64,000 bases of DNA from Takakia lepidozioides. Taxonomy: Eukaryota > Plantae > Bryophyta. Made by a program: the position numbers and the translations under genes. The first letter of the stretch is position 1; every line of letters begins with the position of its first letter. The notes under the pieces were generated by a model, which made no database searches, had not been told where the DNA came from, and worked only from the letters and a program-made list of their open reading frames with translations. Shown here one piece after another: positions 1-12,500 of this stretch. The stretch covers positions 30,380,001-30,444,000 of the forward strand of contig CM060731.1 in assembly GCA_030704615.1 (NCBI GenBank), written 5' to 3'.

Positions 1-250
1 ATCTGTGGTGGTTTGGAATGAAAGTTACCGCCGATGTGACAGCGGGAAAGTATCCAAAAACAGATAACAGAGACGAGGAGAACTACACTTTTCCGACCCC
101 GGTCAATGGTGGGACAATCGAGACAAAAAAATGAATGCATGAGTAGCCGCAAGTTAGTATATGAACTAGTGTGATAAGTATGGTTGGGGTGTTTGCTGGA
201 AGAATTGTAGGTTGTCATTGTCAGTTGCTAGTAGCAAGGCAAGGATGTAC
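1..250 (+). pseudogene. Degenerate duplicate of an OSB-type 'PDF' motif exon (HF.DP.QWWDNRDKK) plus following intron
   Basis: 1-250 aligns by eye with 30201-30460 (atctgtggtggtttggaatga...tatccXaaaacagataacagagacga...gtcaatggtgggacaat...actagtgtgataagtatggttggggtgtttgctggaaga). The splice donor gt is mutated to at. Confidence 0.65.
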
Positions 251-770
251 CAATTCAAGAGAAAAAATGCAAGATATAAGCTTTTGAACTTACATTTAAA
301 ATTGAATATGATTGCGATGACAATATATACATTATAAATAATTAAGAAATTTTGATAAAGACTTTATAACCAAGGGAGGTGCATTCATTGTAGGTTTTAT
401 GTGGGGAAGCTATAACATGGACTTGCCATTTATTGACACTGATGATATATGGTCTCTTCTCTAGTGAGGAGCCAAGAAACGGCTAGTGAAATCTATTTTC
501 GTCTATAATAAACTTATCATCCATTTATTTTTCATCCGTTGTTCAATAACATAGACTAGGGTAGCCTATGCCGTTGGCCCAGGCGTCCAGTGTCATTTAA
601 GCCCAAGTGTAAGATCTTCTATGTATCCCAGTGCGTCTCATATGTCAAGGCCCAAATGAGACCTCTAGGATAGCCTATGCCTTTGGCCCATGTGTGAAGA
701 TTGAAATCCAAGACCAAGTGCAATTTTCTATGTATCCCAGTGCGTCTCCTCTGTTAAGGCCCAAGTGCGA

Positions 771-2106
771 GAGAGAGAGAGAGAAGACTCCGGCCGAAGC
801 CGGCGTAACTAAGAGCCATTTCGCCTTGCGGCTATTGCCCCCTTTCGGAGGTGGCCCTATTAAAAAAAAAAAATGTTATGTGGGACATCAGGTGACCGTA
901 GAAAATAGGGGGGTCTGTGGTACCCCTGGGGACCTAGGGTGCGTTCGAAGAGCCGGATTCCACTTGGCGTTTGTTGGTGATAATAGTTGTGTGGGAGCGG
1001 AGTACCGTGAGGTGAATTGCTTTGAAAAATTTATGGATGGGGAGGATGGGGATTTTGAAGTTATCATGTATATCGTTGATACTGGCAATATGGATGTCGC
1101 CTCTAGTGCCGGCGGTGATGACGATTAATGGACCAGTTTTCCAGCTGCGCCGTCGGATTGCAAGGATAAGCGGTGCATATTTTTGTCATTTTTCTAAGAT
1201 CGAGTCGTTAGGGTAGGCGTATCTGATTTTAGTGTTTGTCGGATTTGTGCATCAGTGGTAGCTTTGGTTAGCCAGAAGTGGTTTCAGAGTTTATGGTGCA
1301 ATACGTTGGATTGCATCCATTTTTGGATGTGTACTTTGGTATGGCTGATGGAGGCTGCAGCGTGTTTATTTGCTTCTCGGGTAAGAGTGGTCAGAAGGTT
1401 ACGGATGGGTCTAGGTGCAGGGGGGTCTGGTACGGGGTGTATAAACCAGAAAGGATGGGTATGGGCGATGTGGATAGGGTTGTCAATGGGTACAACTGTG
1501 GATTGGGAAACGCCGAGTTGGGCGAATAGGTCCGCTTCCTCATTACCATGAATGCCAGTGTGCGAACGGACTTTGAGTATATGGATTGGATGACCTTTGG
1601 AAATGGCCCTCTGGACAATGGCGACAATGAGGTTGCGGTCGGGGTGATGATGATGGGCAGAGGGGCGGGAGATGTGGTTTCGAATAAGAAATAGTGAGGT
1701 AAGGCTGTCGGTGAAGATGTAGTATGGGGGAGGGAAGGCGTCAAGTGTAGAGAGAGCATCGTAAATGGCCATGAGTTCAGCCCTTAGGATGGTGGCAGAG
1801 CCAAAGAGCCTGAGGGCAACACCTCGACCGGTGCCGGCGTGATAAATTCCGTACCCTGCATTAGGTTTGGTGAGGGATCCATCAGTGTAACGTGAGTTGG
1901 CCGGTGGATACTTGGGGGTGGTGTTTTGCTGATATATTGCGGGGATTGGGGGGAGGGGTGTTGTTGGTGTGACCTGGGGACGGGGGTAGCGCCATGCTCC
2001 CCCCTTTGTTTGTTTTAATCCGGGAAAATGTGGTGGCCGGTGCATGGGTGTGGGGGAGGGTCGCTGGGTAATGGATGGTGGCCTTTATTTTATGAGTTAT
2101 GGTTAG
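771..2106 (-). mobile_element. 5'-truncated non-LTR retrotransposon (RNase H plus restriction-like endonuclease tail; Dualen/RandI-like)
   Basis: 9-bp TSD CAAGTGCGA at 762-770 and 2107-2115; (TC)n 3' tail. ORF 1284-2045 has RNase H motifs YTDGS, RAELMAI, IFTDSLTS and KVRSHTGIHGNEEADLFA. After a stop and a frameshift it reads EK*QKYAPL...W...LIVITAGTRG. Confidence 0.85.
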
Positions 2107-2407
2107 CAAGTGCGACCTCTAGTGTAGCCTACGCCTTTGGCTTATGTGTGAAGAATTGAAACCTCAGACCAAGTGCAATTTCTTATGTATACAAGTGTGT
2201 CTCTTATGTCGAGGCTCATTTAAGCCCAAGTGCAAGATTCTATTCATGTATCCAAGTGCATCTGTCTGTAGAGGCCCAAGTGTCCAGTGTCATCTAAAGC
2301 CCAAGTACAATCTCCTATATATCCAAGTTCATCTCCCATGTCAAGGCCCAATTTGTTTCTTTTCAAGAATTCATTGAGTAATAATATACCCAATCATTAT
2401 TGATATA

Positions 2408-3369
2408 TGTTAGAGGGCTGCTTGGGACTTAGACGCTTTTACGGGATCTGTTACACAGACTGAGACCAACAGGAGCCTTAGGGGTGACAGCAATAGGCTT
2501 TAGGGGGGGGGAGATACACAGCCCGACACAGTCCATCACAGTCCAACACAGCCGACACAGTCATCACAGTCGTCACAGCTTCGCACAGCCAACACAGCCC
2601 GTCGCAGTCCGACACAGCCGACAGCTTCGCACAGCCGACACAGCCCAACACAGCCGCCACAGCTTCGCACAGCCCTACACAGCCCGACACAACCAGTCAC
2701 AGCCTAATACAGCCAGTCACAGCTCGGCACAGCTGGGGAACAGTTATCATTGGCAGGGAACGACTGTGGGGGAACGACATCTGAAAAAAGAACGTGTACT
2801 ACAGGGATGACGGTTAATTAGGAAAGCGGTTAGAACAGCTTGTAGGGAAAAAAAGCGAAGAGCGGGGACGTCTGGGAATCACTTCTTGGGGGGGGGACTT
2901 CTGGCATCACGGCTTGGAAATAGGGGGGAGAGTACATCTCTGAGTGGAAAGATGAAGAGCACGGAGTAGGAGAAGTGACGATCTGTTGTTACTTGATGAA
3001 TGCAAGCTGTAGAATTGTAATGTAGAGTAGATTAGAGACACCATGGCTTCAGTCTGATACTTGATAGATATTAATCTGATACATACTTCATACTCACACT
3101 GTGTAGAGAGACCTGAGTGAAGCTGTGGAATAAATGGATGGAATTTGATAGATTTCTGAAGCAAACTGATACTTAATTGCAGACAGTAAGGTAACTCGCT
3201 AACATGAATGCGGGAAGGAGTACAAATAGGAAACACCCCCATGATACACTAGCTGTAGGTCATGACTGATTGTTCTGAGCGGGCTAAGTGCTTAGAGATT
3301 TCCAACTCTTCTATCTTGGAGTTCCCACCTCGGATAGCGAAGGGATGGGTGAGTAAAAGCCGCTCGACA
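2408..3369. mobile_element. Solo LTR (962 bp)
   Basis: Starts TGTTAG and ends TCGACA; 5-bp TSD ATATA at 2403-2407 and 3370-3374. Removing it restores the host repeat seen intact at 4241-4285. Internal ACAGCC/CACAG degenerate repeat at ~2515-2735. Confidence 0.85.
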
Positions 3370-5750
3370 ATATATCTCCTGTCGAGGCTCCAATCATTGT
3401 CCAAGTGTCTAGTGTCATCTACGTCCAAGTGCAATCCCATATATATCCAAGTGCGTCTCATAACTTGTCTCTAACTTATATGGAGGCCCAAATACGACCC
3501 TCTAAGGTAGCATGTGTCGTTGGCCCAAGTGTCCAGTGTCATCTAAGCCCAAGTGCAATATCTATGTATCCCAGTGCACGTCGAGGCCCAAGTGCGACCT
3601 CCACGGTAGCCTGTGCCGTTGGCCATGTATGAAGAATTGAAATCTAAGACCAAGTACAATTTCATATGTATCCTAGTGCATCTCATATGTTGAGGCCCAA
3701 GTGCGACCTCTAGTGTGCCTATGTCGTTGGCCCATATGTGAAGAATTGAAATCTGAGACCAAGTATAGTTTCTTATGTATCCAAGTGTGTCTCCTATGTC
3801 GAGGCCCATCTAAGCACATGTAGATGCCCAAGTGTGCAATGTCATCTAAGCCCAAGTGCAATCTCCTATGTATCCAAGTACGTCTCCCATGTCCAGGCCC
3901 AATTTATTTTTTCCATGAATTTCCTATGTATCCGAGTGCGTCTCCTATGTCGAGGCCCAAGTGCGACCTCTAGTGTAACCTATGTCGTTGGCCCATGTAT
4001 GAAAAATTGAAATCTAAGACCAAGTGCAATTTCCTATGTATCCAAGTGTGTCTCCTATGTCGAGGCCCATCTAAGTCCAAGTGCGATATTTTATTCATGT
4101 ATCCAAGTGCATCTCCCATCTAGATGCCGAAGTGTCCTATGTCATCTAAGCCCAAGTGCAATCTCCTATGTATCCAAGTACGTCTCCCATGTTCAGGCCC
4201 AATTTATTTTTTTCCATGAATTTATTGAGTAGTAATGTATTCAATCATTACTGATATATCTCCTGTCGAGGTTCCAATCATTGTCCCAGGAAAGCCCATT
4301 TTGCCATTTTTCACGAATTTTCAAGTGTAATCTCTATTCATGTATTTAAGTGCTTCTCCCATGTGGAGGCCCAAGTGCGACCTCCGGTGTCCAATGTCAT
4401 CTAAGTCCAAGTGCAATCCCAAAGCCCACTTTGCTATTTTTGCAATCTCCCCTATCGAGGCTTCATATATTGAAATATCCACTTTGCTATTTTTTGCGAA
4501 TTTTCAGCGACCAAAAGTACTTGAAATTCCAAATCTCCCACATGAAGGGCCAATCATTGCTCTAGGAAAACCCAAATTCAATCTCCTGTTATCCATGGAT
4601 AATATGTTGGCCAACTCCGTCTCCAAATTTTATGAAACCAAGTTGATGCACCCCTACTCATCGAGGACTTTCCAACAGTACCGAAATAGGCCCCGCCGTT
4701 TGGAGGCCCATCTAAGCCCAAATTCAATCTCATATTATCCATGGATAATATGTTGGCCAACTGCCATATAGACGCCCAAGTGCGACCTCGAGGTGTCCTT
4801 CCAACACTTAATTTTGTAATTTATTTGAATTTCCAAAGACCAAATTTTATGAAACCAAGTTGATGCACTCTGGCCTACTCATCGAGGGCTTACCAACGGT
4901 ACCAAAATCGTGGCCAAAGGCCCCGCGGTTTTGGGAGATCTCAACGACGTTACAAAACATATTGTGAACGCCAATATTTTAAAATGACCCAATTTACATT
5001 TATATCCACGTGCACAAAAGAGAAATGAAGGGCCAATCATTGTTGCAGGAAAGCCCATTTTGCCATTTTTCACGAATTTCCCGCAACCAGAAGTACTTGA
5101 AATTCATTTTAGGCATATCTAATCATTTTTTTTCCAGAGAGCCTACGACCGGACGTGAACCGGAGACCTTTCCCTTGATATCTCTCCTCTCGAGGCTCGA
5201 ACCATTGTCCCAGGAATTCCCACTTTGCCAGTGACCCAACCTACTTGAAATTCCACATCTCCCACACCGTAGGTCCAAAAATCATGAGACCAAGCCCGTG
5301 CACCCCTGCTCGTCGAGGGCTTTCCAACGGGACCAAGCACCAGGGCTGGGGCCTCGTGGTTGGGGACATCTCAAAACAAAACAAAACAAACGTCTCGCTT
5401 CATATATTGATATTACCTGACAGAGGTGTTACCTGGAGAAGGCACATTGGAAATGAGAGGAGTGACATGTAAGGAAGGCACAAGATGGGCTTAGCGATTT
5501 TTGACACTGATGCGTAGTCGAGCCAATTTTACAAAATGGCTAATCCTAGTAAGTTCATCCAAGGTGTCATCATCCTACTCTACTGAGCATCTGTCCATCC
5601 TTATGGGGAATAAAGTGAGGGGAGGAATCCCGCCCCAAAGGGTCTCCTTCCCCTTTCTGTATTTTTTTTAAAAAAAAACTCTCTACACCAGAACAAACCA
5701 AGGACCGTTCCTTCCTCCGAAGTTTGTAGAGCTCCAGATTCTATGGCGGT

Positions 5751-8228
5751 TGTCATGGTTTTAGTCATGGTTATTTAGAATTACCTACTTCTAGTTAACT
5801 AGGACATCTTTAGATATTTATATTTATATTTTGTGTGTTGGGACTTCATTTCGTCTCACATGCCAAGTGAGGTGTCGAGCCTCACTTGCGACATGGGGAT
5901 AGGTTTTCCCCTTGTGAGGATGGAGGAGGCTCATCTTCTTGTAGTTGAGCCTCCATGAGCCTCTCTCACCTCCATAGCTCTAGGTATGGAAAGGGAGTGT
6001 GGTGAGGGCTTTGCAGGGTGGATTCCCTTAGCAAGGGTACCCTTGGCTTGACTTAGTTTATGTGATTGAGTGGATTCATGAGTGGAGGGTTTCCATTATG
6101 TTCACTTCCATTATCACTACAAGAAGATGACCTTATGCTTGTGAGTGCGGAGTATAAGGATAGTTTTGCACTTGTGTTGGTGTACACCAAGGAGTGAGAG
6201 AGCTAGGGAAAGCTCAGGTATCTCACAAGGCTTGCAAGGTGTTGCAAGGGAGAGTGTGTTTGCATTGCATCAAGGAGGTGGAGAGCTCAAGGAGAGAGCT
6301 CTTGAGTTACAAGACTTTGCAAGTATTGCAGGGAGAAAGTCTTGTATGTGTGGAAGCAAAAGGTTTGAAAGTTTGAGCAGAAGGAGCGTCATCTCTTATA
6401 TCTCAAGTGTTGTGACAACCATTTGCCAAGGAAGTGGCTTCTATGGTGAAAAGAATGCATTGAGGGTTTGTAGAAGCATTATTGTGCACCAAGGGTTTGA
6501 GAGCTTGGAAATGAGCTCTTGCATCACAAGAGAAGCGTCTTGTGTGTGGAGAAAATAGACACTAGGGTTTCAAGAGCAAGCTCTAGTTGTTCAAGGTGTG
6601 AAAGAGAAGCCAAAGAGCGGTACATGCTTGGGTTAGAAACACCATAGAAGGAGTACAACAAAGAAAGGTTGAGGAGCATTGAGTAGCTCAAGAGAAGCTA
6701 AGAAGTGGTTGTTTTATCCACGGTGAAATGAAGCCAAGTGGGGTTTCATTTGGTTGATAAACAAGCAAGCTAAGGCGCTAGAAATAAGTGCTTTTGCTAG
6801 TCTATGAGTTCTTGGATTGCTCTTGGTGAAGCAAGTGGTTGACCAAGCAAGTGGCGCATGTGTGCAACTTCAAGCTTGAGGAGAGCTAGAAGGTGAAGGG
6901 AACAAGTCATTCTTTTGTGTATGAGGTGATGCTTATGTGGAGCATGTTCTCAGCCCATTGAGGCTTCTATTTTCAAGCCTTGGAGAGAAAGGAAAAGGGC
7001 TGATTTCCACTTAGGTGAAGGAAAAGCACTTGTAGAGCACATGTTTGAGTTGGGGTTTCAACCTTAAGCTTGAGGAGAGCACGACTCTTGAGCTAGTAAG
7101 TGAAGGGACTTGAATCTTCCTCTTTGCATGAGATATGCTTGGAGAAGCCTCACATAGAAGCCAAGAATGGAGCATGTGTGTGGATGGCCAAAAGAGAGCA
7201 CATGAATGAGTGCAAGACTTGGTTGCTTGTCAAATGAGGTTAAAAACTTGATTCTTGAGCTCCAAATAAAAGTGAAGCTTGTTGTGTGGCAAATGCATTG
7301 CTAGGTGAGATGGAATCAAGCTTGGTTGTGGCTTGAGATGAAGAAGATCAAGGTAGTTTGCCTTGGTATCTCATAGAATTCATGGATGCTTGAGGAGAGC
7401 AAGCATGAAGTTCAAGGAAGCCCAAACCCTAGCTTGGAATGCACAAACCCTAGCATGAGATGCACATGAAACCCTAGGTGGATGGGAACAGTCACCAATT
7501 GTGGGAACGGTCACTATACGTTGGGAACATAGTGACATATAAAGACAATGTAGGGCTTTTGGAGGATTTTCAAGGGCCTTTTGGAGGATTGTTTGGGGGA
7601 TCTTTGGGGTCCTTTGGGGAGCTTTTGGAAGACACTCTGATGAGCTTTTGTAAGGTACTTTGACGAGCTCTTGAAGAGGTATTTGGATGACTATTTGGAG
7701 GTCTATTTGCGGTCCTTGAAGGCCAAGTTTGACAAGTTTTTGGAGCCTTGGAAGGCTATGTGGAGGACCATTTGGGGTCTTTGAAGGCCAATATTTGGCA
7801 AGTTTTTGGAGCTTTTGGAAGGCTGTTTGGAGGGCTGTTTGGGGTCCTTGGAGGCCGATATTTGGCGAGCTTGAGGAGTCTTTGGCGACTTGTTGAAACT
7901 ATTTGGGGTCCTTGAGGGCCGAGATTTGGCAGGCTCTTGTGGGCTTGGTGTACTGCTTGGAGTACCATTGTCCAAGCTTTGGGAGTCTTAGTGAAATTGT
8001 TTGAGAGACATCTTGAGGGATCTTAGAGAGTTTTTTGAGAGATCCTTGAAAGGTCTTGTCTATTGCTTAAGCAAGAGAGTGTGGAGATAGGGTAGTGGGA
8101 TGAGAGCATGTTGTGATAGGGATTGCTTTAGTCTCTCTTCCTTGTAGTCTTCCACCCTCTCTGTAGGCCAAAACCTTTCCGTAGGTGGAGGCAAGAGTCA
8201 GTCCGGGTTTGGGCTGGGGTGTCTTGCA
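5751..8228 (+). repeat. 5' LTR (~2.5 kb)
   Basis: Starts TGTCATGG. Homologous over most of its length to the inverted copy at 30886-33464 up to GGGCTGGGGTG (8221). Probable end ...TCTTGCA at 8228. Confidence 0.7.
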
Positions 8229-8645
8229 GGAGCGACACTGTGAAGTGTTTTTGGTGTGGGGGAGTTACTGTTTTGATTTCCTTGTGCTTGGATCCCCTCC
8301 ACACATGCATGCTTGACTGTGCGCCATGTTAGTTTTGTGTGGGCGCTTGTTTTCATAGGAGGTTGGTCCGGATTTGATCACCGGTCAATCCTAGAGCGTG
8401 TTGTCGATGGTGAGGCTGGGGTGATGACCAGTCAAACCATCATTATTCTCTTATGGTGAGGCTGGGTTGATGACCAGCAGACCATAGGAGTGCTTGCGGT
8501 GGATGCAGGTGCAGGTGCAAGTTTATGTTATGAACCTAGTAATCTAAGCCATAAGCTGCAACAGATTCTCTACCCGGTTACCTTGTGGCAATGGGGATTA
8601 GAGACAGGTTTACAACAGGCGTGGTTGTGAGTTTTCATCACGGAG

Positions 8646-10330
8646 ATGCCACCAGTTGTTGAGGGGAGTGCTGGTACGAACACCAGCGATACTAGTGGGT
8701 ATACAAGACGAGGTGTGCGGTTTAGGCCACCTTCACCTTCAGTGTCTTCTGAGGAAGGTTCAGACTCAGAGTTAGGAGGATTCTCGCCGAGGGTGCAAGC
8801 CATTTCCGTGCCATTATTGTGGGATACGATGGAGGAAATGTATGGAGCTACTAAGGGGCCATGTCGGTACTCTGGAGCTGTGGGCACCATTAAGCTTGAT
8901 GATTTCATACATGAGTTTGATAGTTGGTGTGATTTGCAGCAGATGCGCAATCCACAACTGTTTACGCCTTTTATGGCGTGGAAGGGGCTGTTTCAGCACC
9001 TTGAGGGGCCCCCTATGGATGACTATCATGAGTTTAGGTGGGGAAATGAGGTGGAGATTGAGGAGTGGCGACAATATTGGTCACCTGACTATGTCTCCAT
9101 CACTAGAGGCATAAGGGCAGCGGCGACACCAGCAGCAACACCAACATCTCCAACTGCAAGCACTAGTAGTCGGACAAGTAAAGATGGAGCTGGGAAATCC
9201 ACTCAAGCTCCTGCTGCAGCACCACCACCCGTGCCTGCCTTTAATCCAGTTGTGGAGTTCTTCGAGGAGTTCAGGAGAAACTACCAGGGGATAAGGACGG
9301 AGAAATTGCGGAGCTTGCAAGAGTTCCAACGCAAGCCTACTGAGAGTTTGAGGGAGGCTTACACACGCATGAGGCGATTGATAAATGTAACCCAAGGGGT
9401 TACGGAAGCTCAAGCAGTCCAATTTTGGTATGGGATATTGGACAAGGAGCTGAGGAGAAGGGTGCGGGATGCAACTCTCCTACAAGTGGACCAACCTACC
9501 TTAGCAAACGTGTTTTTGCTGGCAGAGCGGATAGAGCTCAATATGGTGGAGGAGCGAGTGGTCATGGTGGGGTTTGGTAAGGAGACACAACGAAGTGGGG
9601 CTCCTAGCCAACAACAACCACTACCCTAACGTGCTCAAAGCAACAAGGGGGCTCAGGCGAAGCCCAGGGAAGGACAGAGAGGATCTCAATTGCAGAGGTC
9701 ACTTCCTTCATTCTCAGACCAACAACAGTCGGGTGTAACATGTTGGGATTGTGGAGGACCCTATGTTAAGAGAGATTGCCCGTAGAGAGGCAAAGGGCCG
9801 GCACAGGCACAACCTACACAACTACAATGTGGGCATTGTGGAAAGTATGGGCATGAAGAGGCCCATTGTTATGACTTGCATCATGAGTTACGGCCAGGCC
9901 AGTTCCAAGAGAACAATGGTGGCCGGGGACGAGGCAATATAGTCCAGAGAGGTAGAGAAGACAGAGGTCGCGGTGGAGGTCATAACCAAAACCAAAGAGC
10001 ACAAGGTCAAGGGCAAGGTCATGACCAAGGCATGGTGGATAGGCTTGCCCAACTAGAGCAACGTCTTGCTACCATGGCCACTACTCATGTTGCGACAGCT
10101 CCAAGGCCTGAGGTTCAAGCCCCACCTGCACAACCTCCTATGCCTAGGGAAGACTAGATTGGTATGGGCTTCATGTGTGGAGCCGTACTTGCAGGACCAT
10201 TGCATGTGGACTCGGCAGCTGCTGTTACTCGAGCAACAACACGTGCTTCTGAACCAAGAGGAACGGATGTGGATTTTGATCCACAAAGGGGAGAAGCAAG
10301 TCGTCAGACAAGGCTTCCACAGTACATTGG
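8646..10330 (+). pseudogene. gag: gag (capsid-like region plus CCHC zinc knuckles), interrupted by stops
   Basis: ORF 8646-9629 has the retrotransposon gag motif FQRKPTESLREAYTRMRRL...AVQFWYGIL. The same frame continues to CWDCGGPYVKRDC and CGHCGKYGHEEAHC (CX2CX4HX4C) at ~9741-9870. Confidence 0.85.
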
Positions 10331-10740
10331 CTGAGACAGTGCCACCTACGCCATCAATAGCACCCGCTCGCCCAAGTGTGTCAGAGGTAGAGCCACGAAT
10401 ACCATTGGGGAGAGTTGGTGTGGCTCGGGAAATGCCAGTGGGTGGTGTTGTAAAACAAGGTGCAGCCAGTATATTGTTGGGGGCGGCTATGGCGGTTTGC
10501 CAAGCTCCATTATTTTCTGCAATAGTCATTACAATACCGGGGATTCGTCCAGCTGTTGTGTTCAGACTAGCAGCTAGACTCTGTGAGAGTGGTGATGCAT
10601 CGGCACTATCTGCGGAGATAACAGATAAGGTGCAGTCTATGGATGCTTTGGATTCGAGGGTGAAATCAGCCACAGCTGCGCCATGGCAAGCGGCAACTGC
10701 AAGGTTGCAGGAGTTGTCAGCTAGGCCAGCCATTGAGCGC

Positions 10741-11200
10741 AACATGGTGACTTCTGGGGTAGTCCTGGTGGACAATCATGATGGAGTGTTTCAATTGGGT
10801 GGCCTAACCGGGAGGAGGTATAGGCCACTGCGGGTCTTGTTGGACTCGGGAGCACAGCCATTGATGTTGGGGAGAGCAGCAATTGCAGGCTTGGGCCTCA
10901 CAGAGGCAGATTTGGAGCCGTGCCCTTTCCAAATTCAAACATCTTTGGGTGGTTCAGAGAAGGCGCGAGGGATTACACGCCATGAGCTCTTCATTCGATT
11001 GTAGCTGGATCATCCTACGGATGACTCAGTCATGAGAGCTAAAGCCATTGTTACGGACGCGATGTCCTATGATATGCTTGTTGGTGGGGCTGTGTTGTAC
11101 CCCATGGGCTTTACTTTGGACTTTTGGGATGAAACGACATCCTACAGGCCGGAATGGCAGTCAGGGGATGGTCGACGTGCACTGCTCCCAGTGCGGTTTA
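10741..11200 (+). pseudogene. Retroviral-type aspartic protease
   Basis: RVLLDSGAQPLMLG active-site motif (~10831-10872) and C-terminal YDMLVGGAVLYPMGFTLDF; one in-frame stop at 11002-11004. Confidence 0.85.
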
Positions 11201-11544
11201 TTGGGAATGTAGCGGTGGATCATAGGAACATGATGCCCACATTGGCTGCATTCTCAGGGGTGGTGGCTTGGGGTGGTGAGCTCTTGGAGGGCAATAGTCA
11301 TGCAGATGATAGGACACCATCTGATGAGGACAAGCAATTGTCATACAAGGCTGATTTGCTTCCTCATGTTCCTATGCATAGCTCACTGTGGAATGCAGTT
11401 GGGGATTTGGAGCGAGTGGCAAGCCAGTGTGTGCAACAAGCATGGCATGAGGCCTTTCCATCGGTAGGTGAGGGGAGTTCAGTTACATCACCTGTACCTC
11501 CTCAATGAGCTCCATTGAACACAGTGCCTATTATCTGGCAACAA

Positions 11545-12500
11545 CGTGACTCAGACATTTGTTTGCTAGACCTGTTTGGAGGTATGAGCACTGGGCTTGC
11601 AGGAGTGTTGCAAGCAGGAATCAAAGTACGCAAGTACTTGTATGTGGAGAAGGATGAGATTACTTGGCGTGTTTCCATGCGCCATGTTGTCTTGCTCACA
11701 CATCAGTATCCTGAGTTGTTGCCAATCTTAGCAATTCAAGGGTATCAAAAGGCCTTGCCAACAGACATTACCTTGCTAGAGGCGGATGATTTGGACCGGC
11801 ATGGTGTCATTGACTTGGTGATAGCTGGATGGCCTTGCCAAGGACACTCTCCCGCAGGTCATGGGAATGGCTTGCATGATGCATGATCGCATTTGTTTTG
11901 GGAGATGTTGCGAGTGTTGCGTGACTTGTAGGTGAGGCAAGTGTAACCTCCAGCTTACATCCAGGAGAATGTTCCTCTCATGGGGGATTCTCGGGCCGGG
12001 GTTATGGCCAGTGTGCATCAAATCCGGTCATGGATTGGACCAGCTGTATTGTTGGATGCAGCTGTAGTGGGTTCACGGGCATATAGGCCTAGGTTGTGGT
12101 GGACCAATCTTGCACCACTAGAGTTGCTCAAGAGAGCCTATGATTCCATTCAACGGCCACCCAACCTCACGGTTGAGGGCATTTTGGACCAATGGAGGCA
12201 ACCACAGAGAGTACGACATGATGATCGTCCACCTTTGGCGGTGGTCAATCGAGTGGGGCAGCCACGTGCAGCCTTGCCTACGCTCATGAGCTTTCCCTCG
12301 TCTCATGCTTTTTGAGACAATGGTCATGGGTTGATTTGGGACAGTGTGTTATAGCAAAGCCCAATACGGATGAACGAGAGCGGGCAATGGGATTTGCCAC
12401 GGGCACTACAGCTGTGCCAGCTCTGTCAGAGGTATCACGACGTCAGGTGTTGGGTCAGGCAATGGATCTCAATTGCTTGACATGGATCATTGGCTTGTGT
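11545..12500 (+). pseudogene. DNMT3-like DNA (cytosine-5) methyltransferase domain inside pol
   Basis: Motif I LLDLFGGMSTG (11563-), II YVEKDE, III DITLL, IV DLVIAGWPCQG (catalytic Cys at 11836-11838), V SHLFWE, VI QENV (ENV at 11965-11973), VIII LDAAVVGSRAYRPRLWWTNL, IX ERERAMGF...T, X RRQVLGQAM. It is in frame with the protease, with stops and one frameshift near 12315. Confidence 0.92.

Larger units (their letters stand above)
550..4800. repeat. Degenerate ~110-bp tandem repeat array with CCAAGTG sub-repeats, interrupted by two TE insertions
   Basis: Unit such as 3951-4060 (cgaggcccaagtgcgacctctagtgtaacctatgtcgttggcccatgtatgaaaaattgaaatctaagaccaagtgcaatttcctatgtatccaagtgtgtctcctatgt) recurs at 550-770, 2107-2400 and 3375-4800. 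Confidence 0.85.

Noticed and set aside
790-862. Hammerhead ribozyme
   Set aside because: The CUGANGA core and the NUH cleavage triplet are absent; kept only as a structured RNA.
2484-2810. His/Ser/Gln-rich protein ORF
   Set aside because: It is a translation of a low-complexity ACAGCC repeat inside the solo LTR.
10053-10775. Antisense 240-aa ORF in the retrotransposon
   Set aside because: It shadows the gag-pol frame and has no recognisable motif.
11515-12500. Host DNMT3/DRM gene or bacterial restriction-modification contamination
   Set aside because: It is intronless, in frame with the retroviral protease, decays like the rest of pol, and has no PWWP/UBA domain or restriction enzyme nearby.
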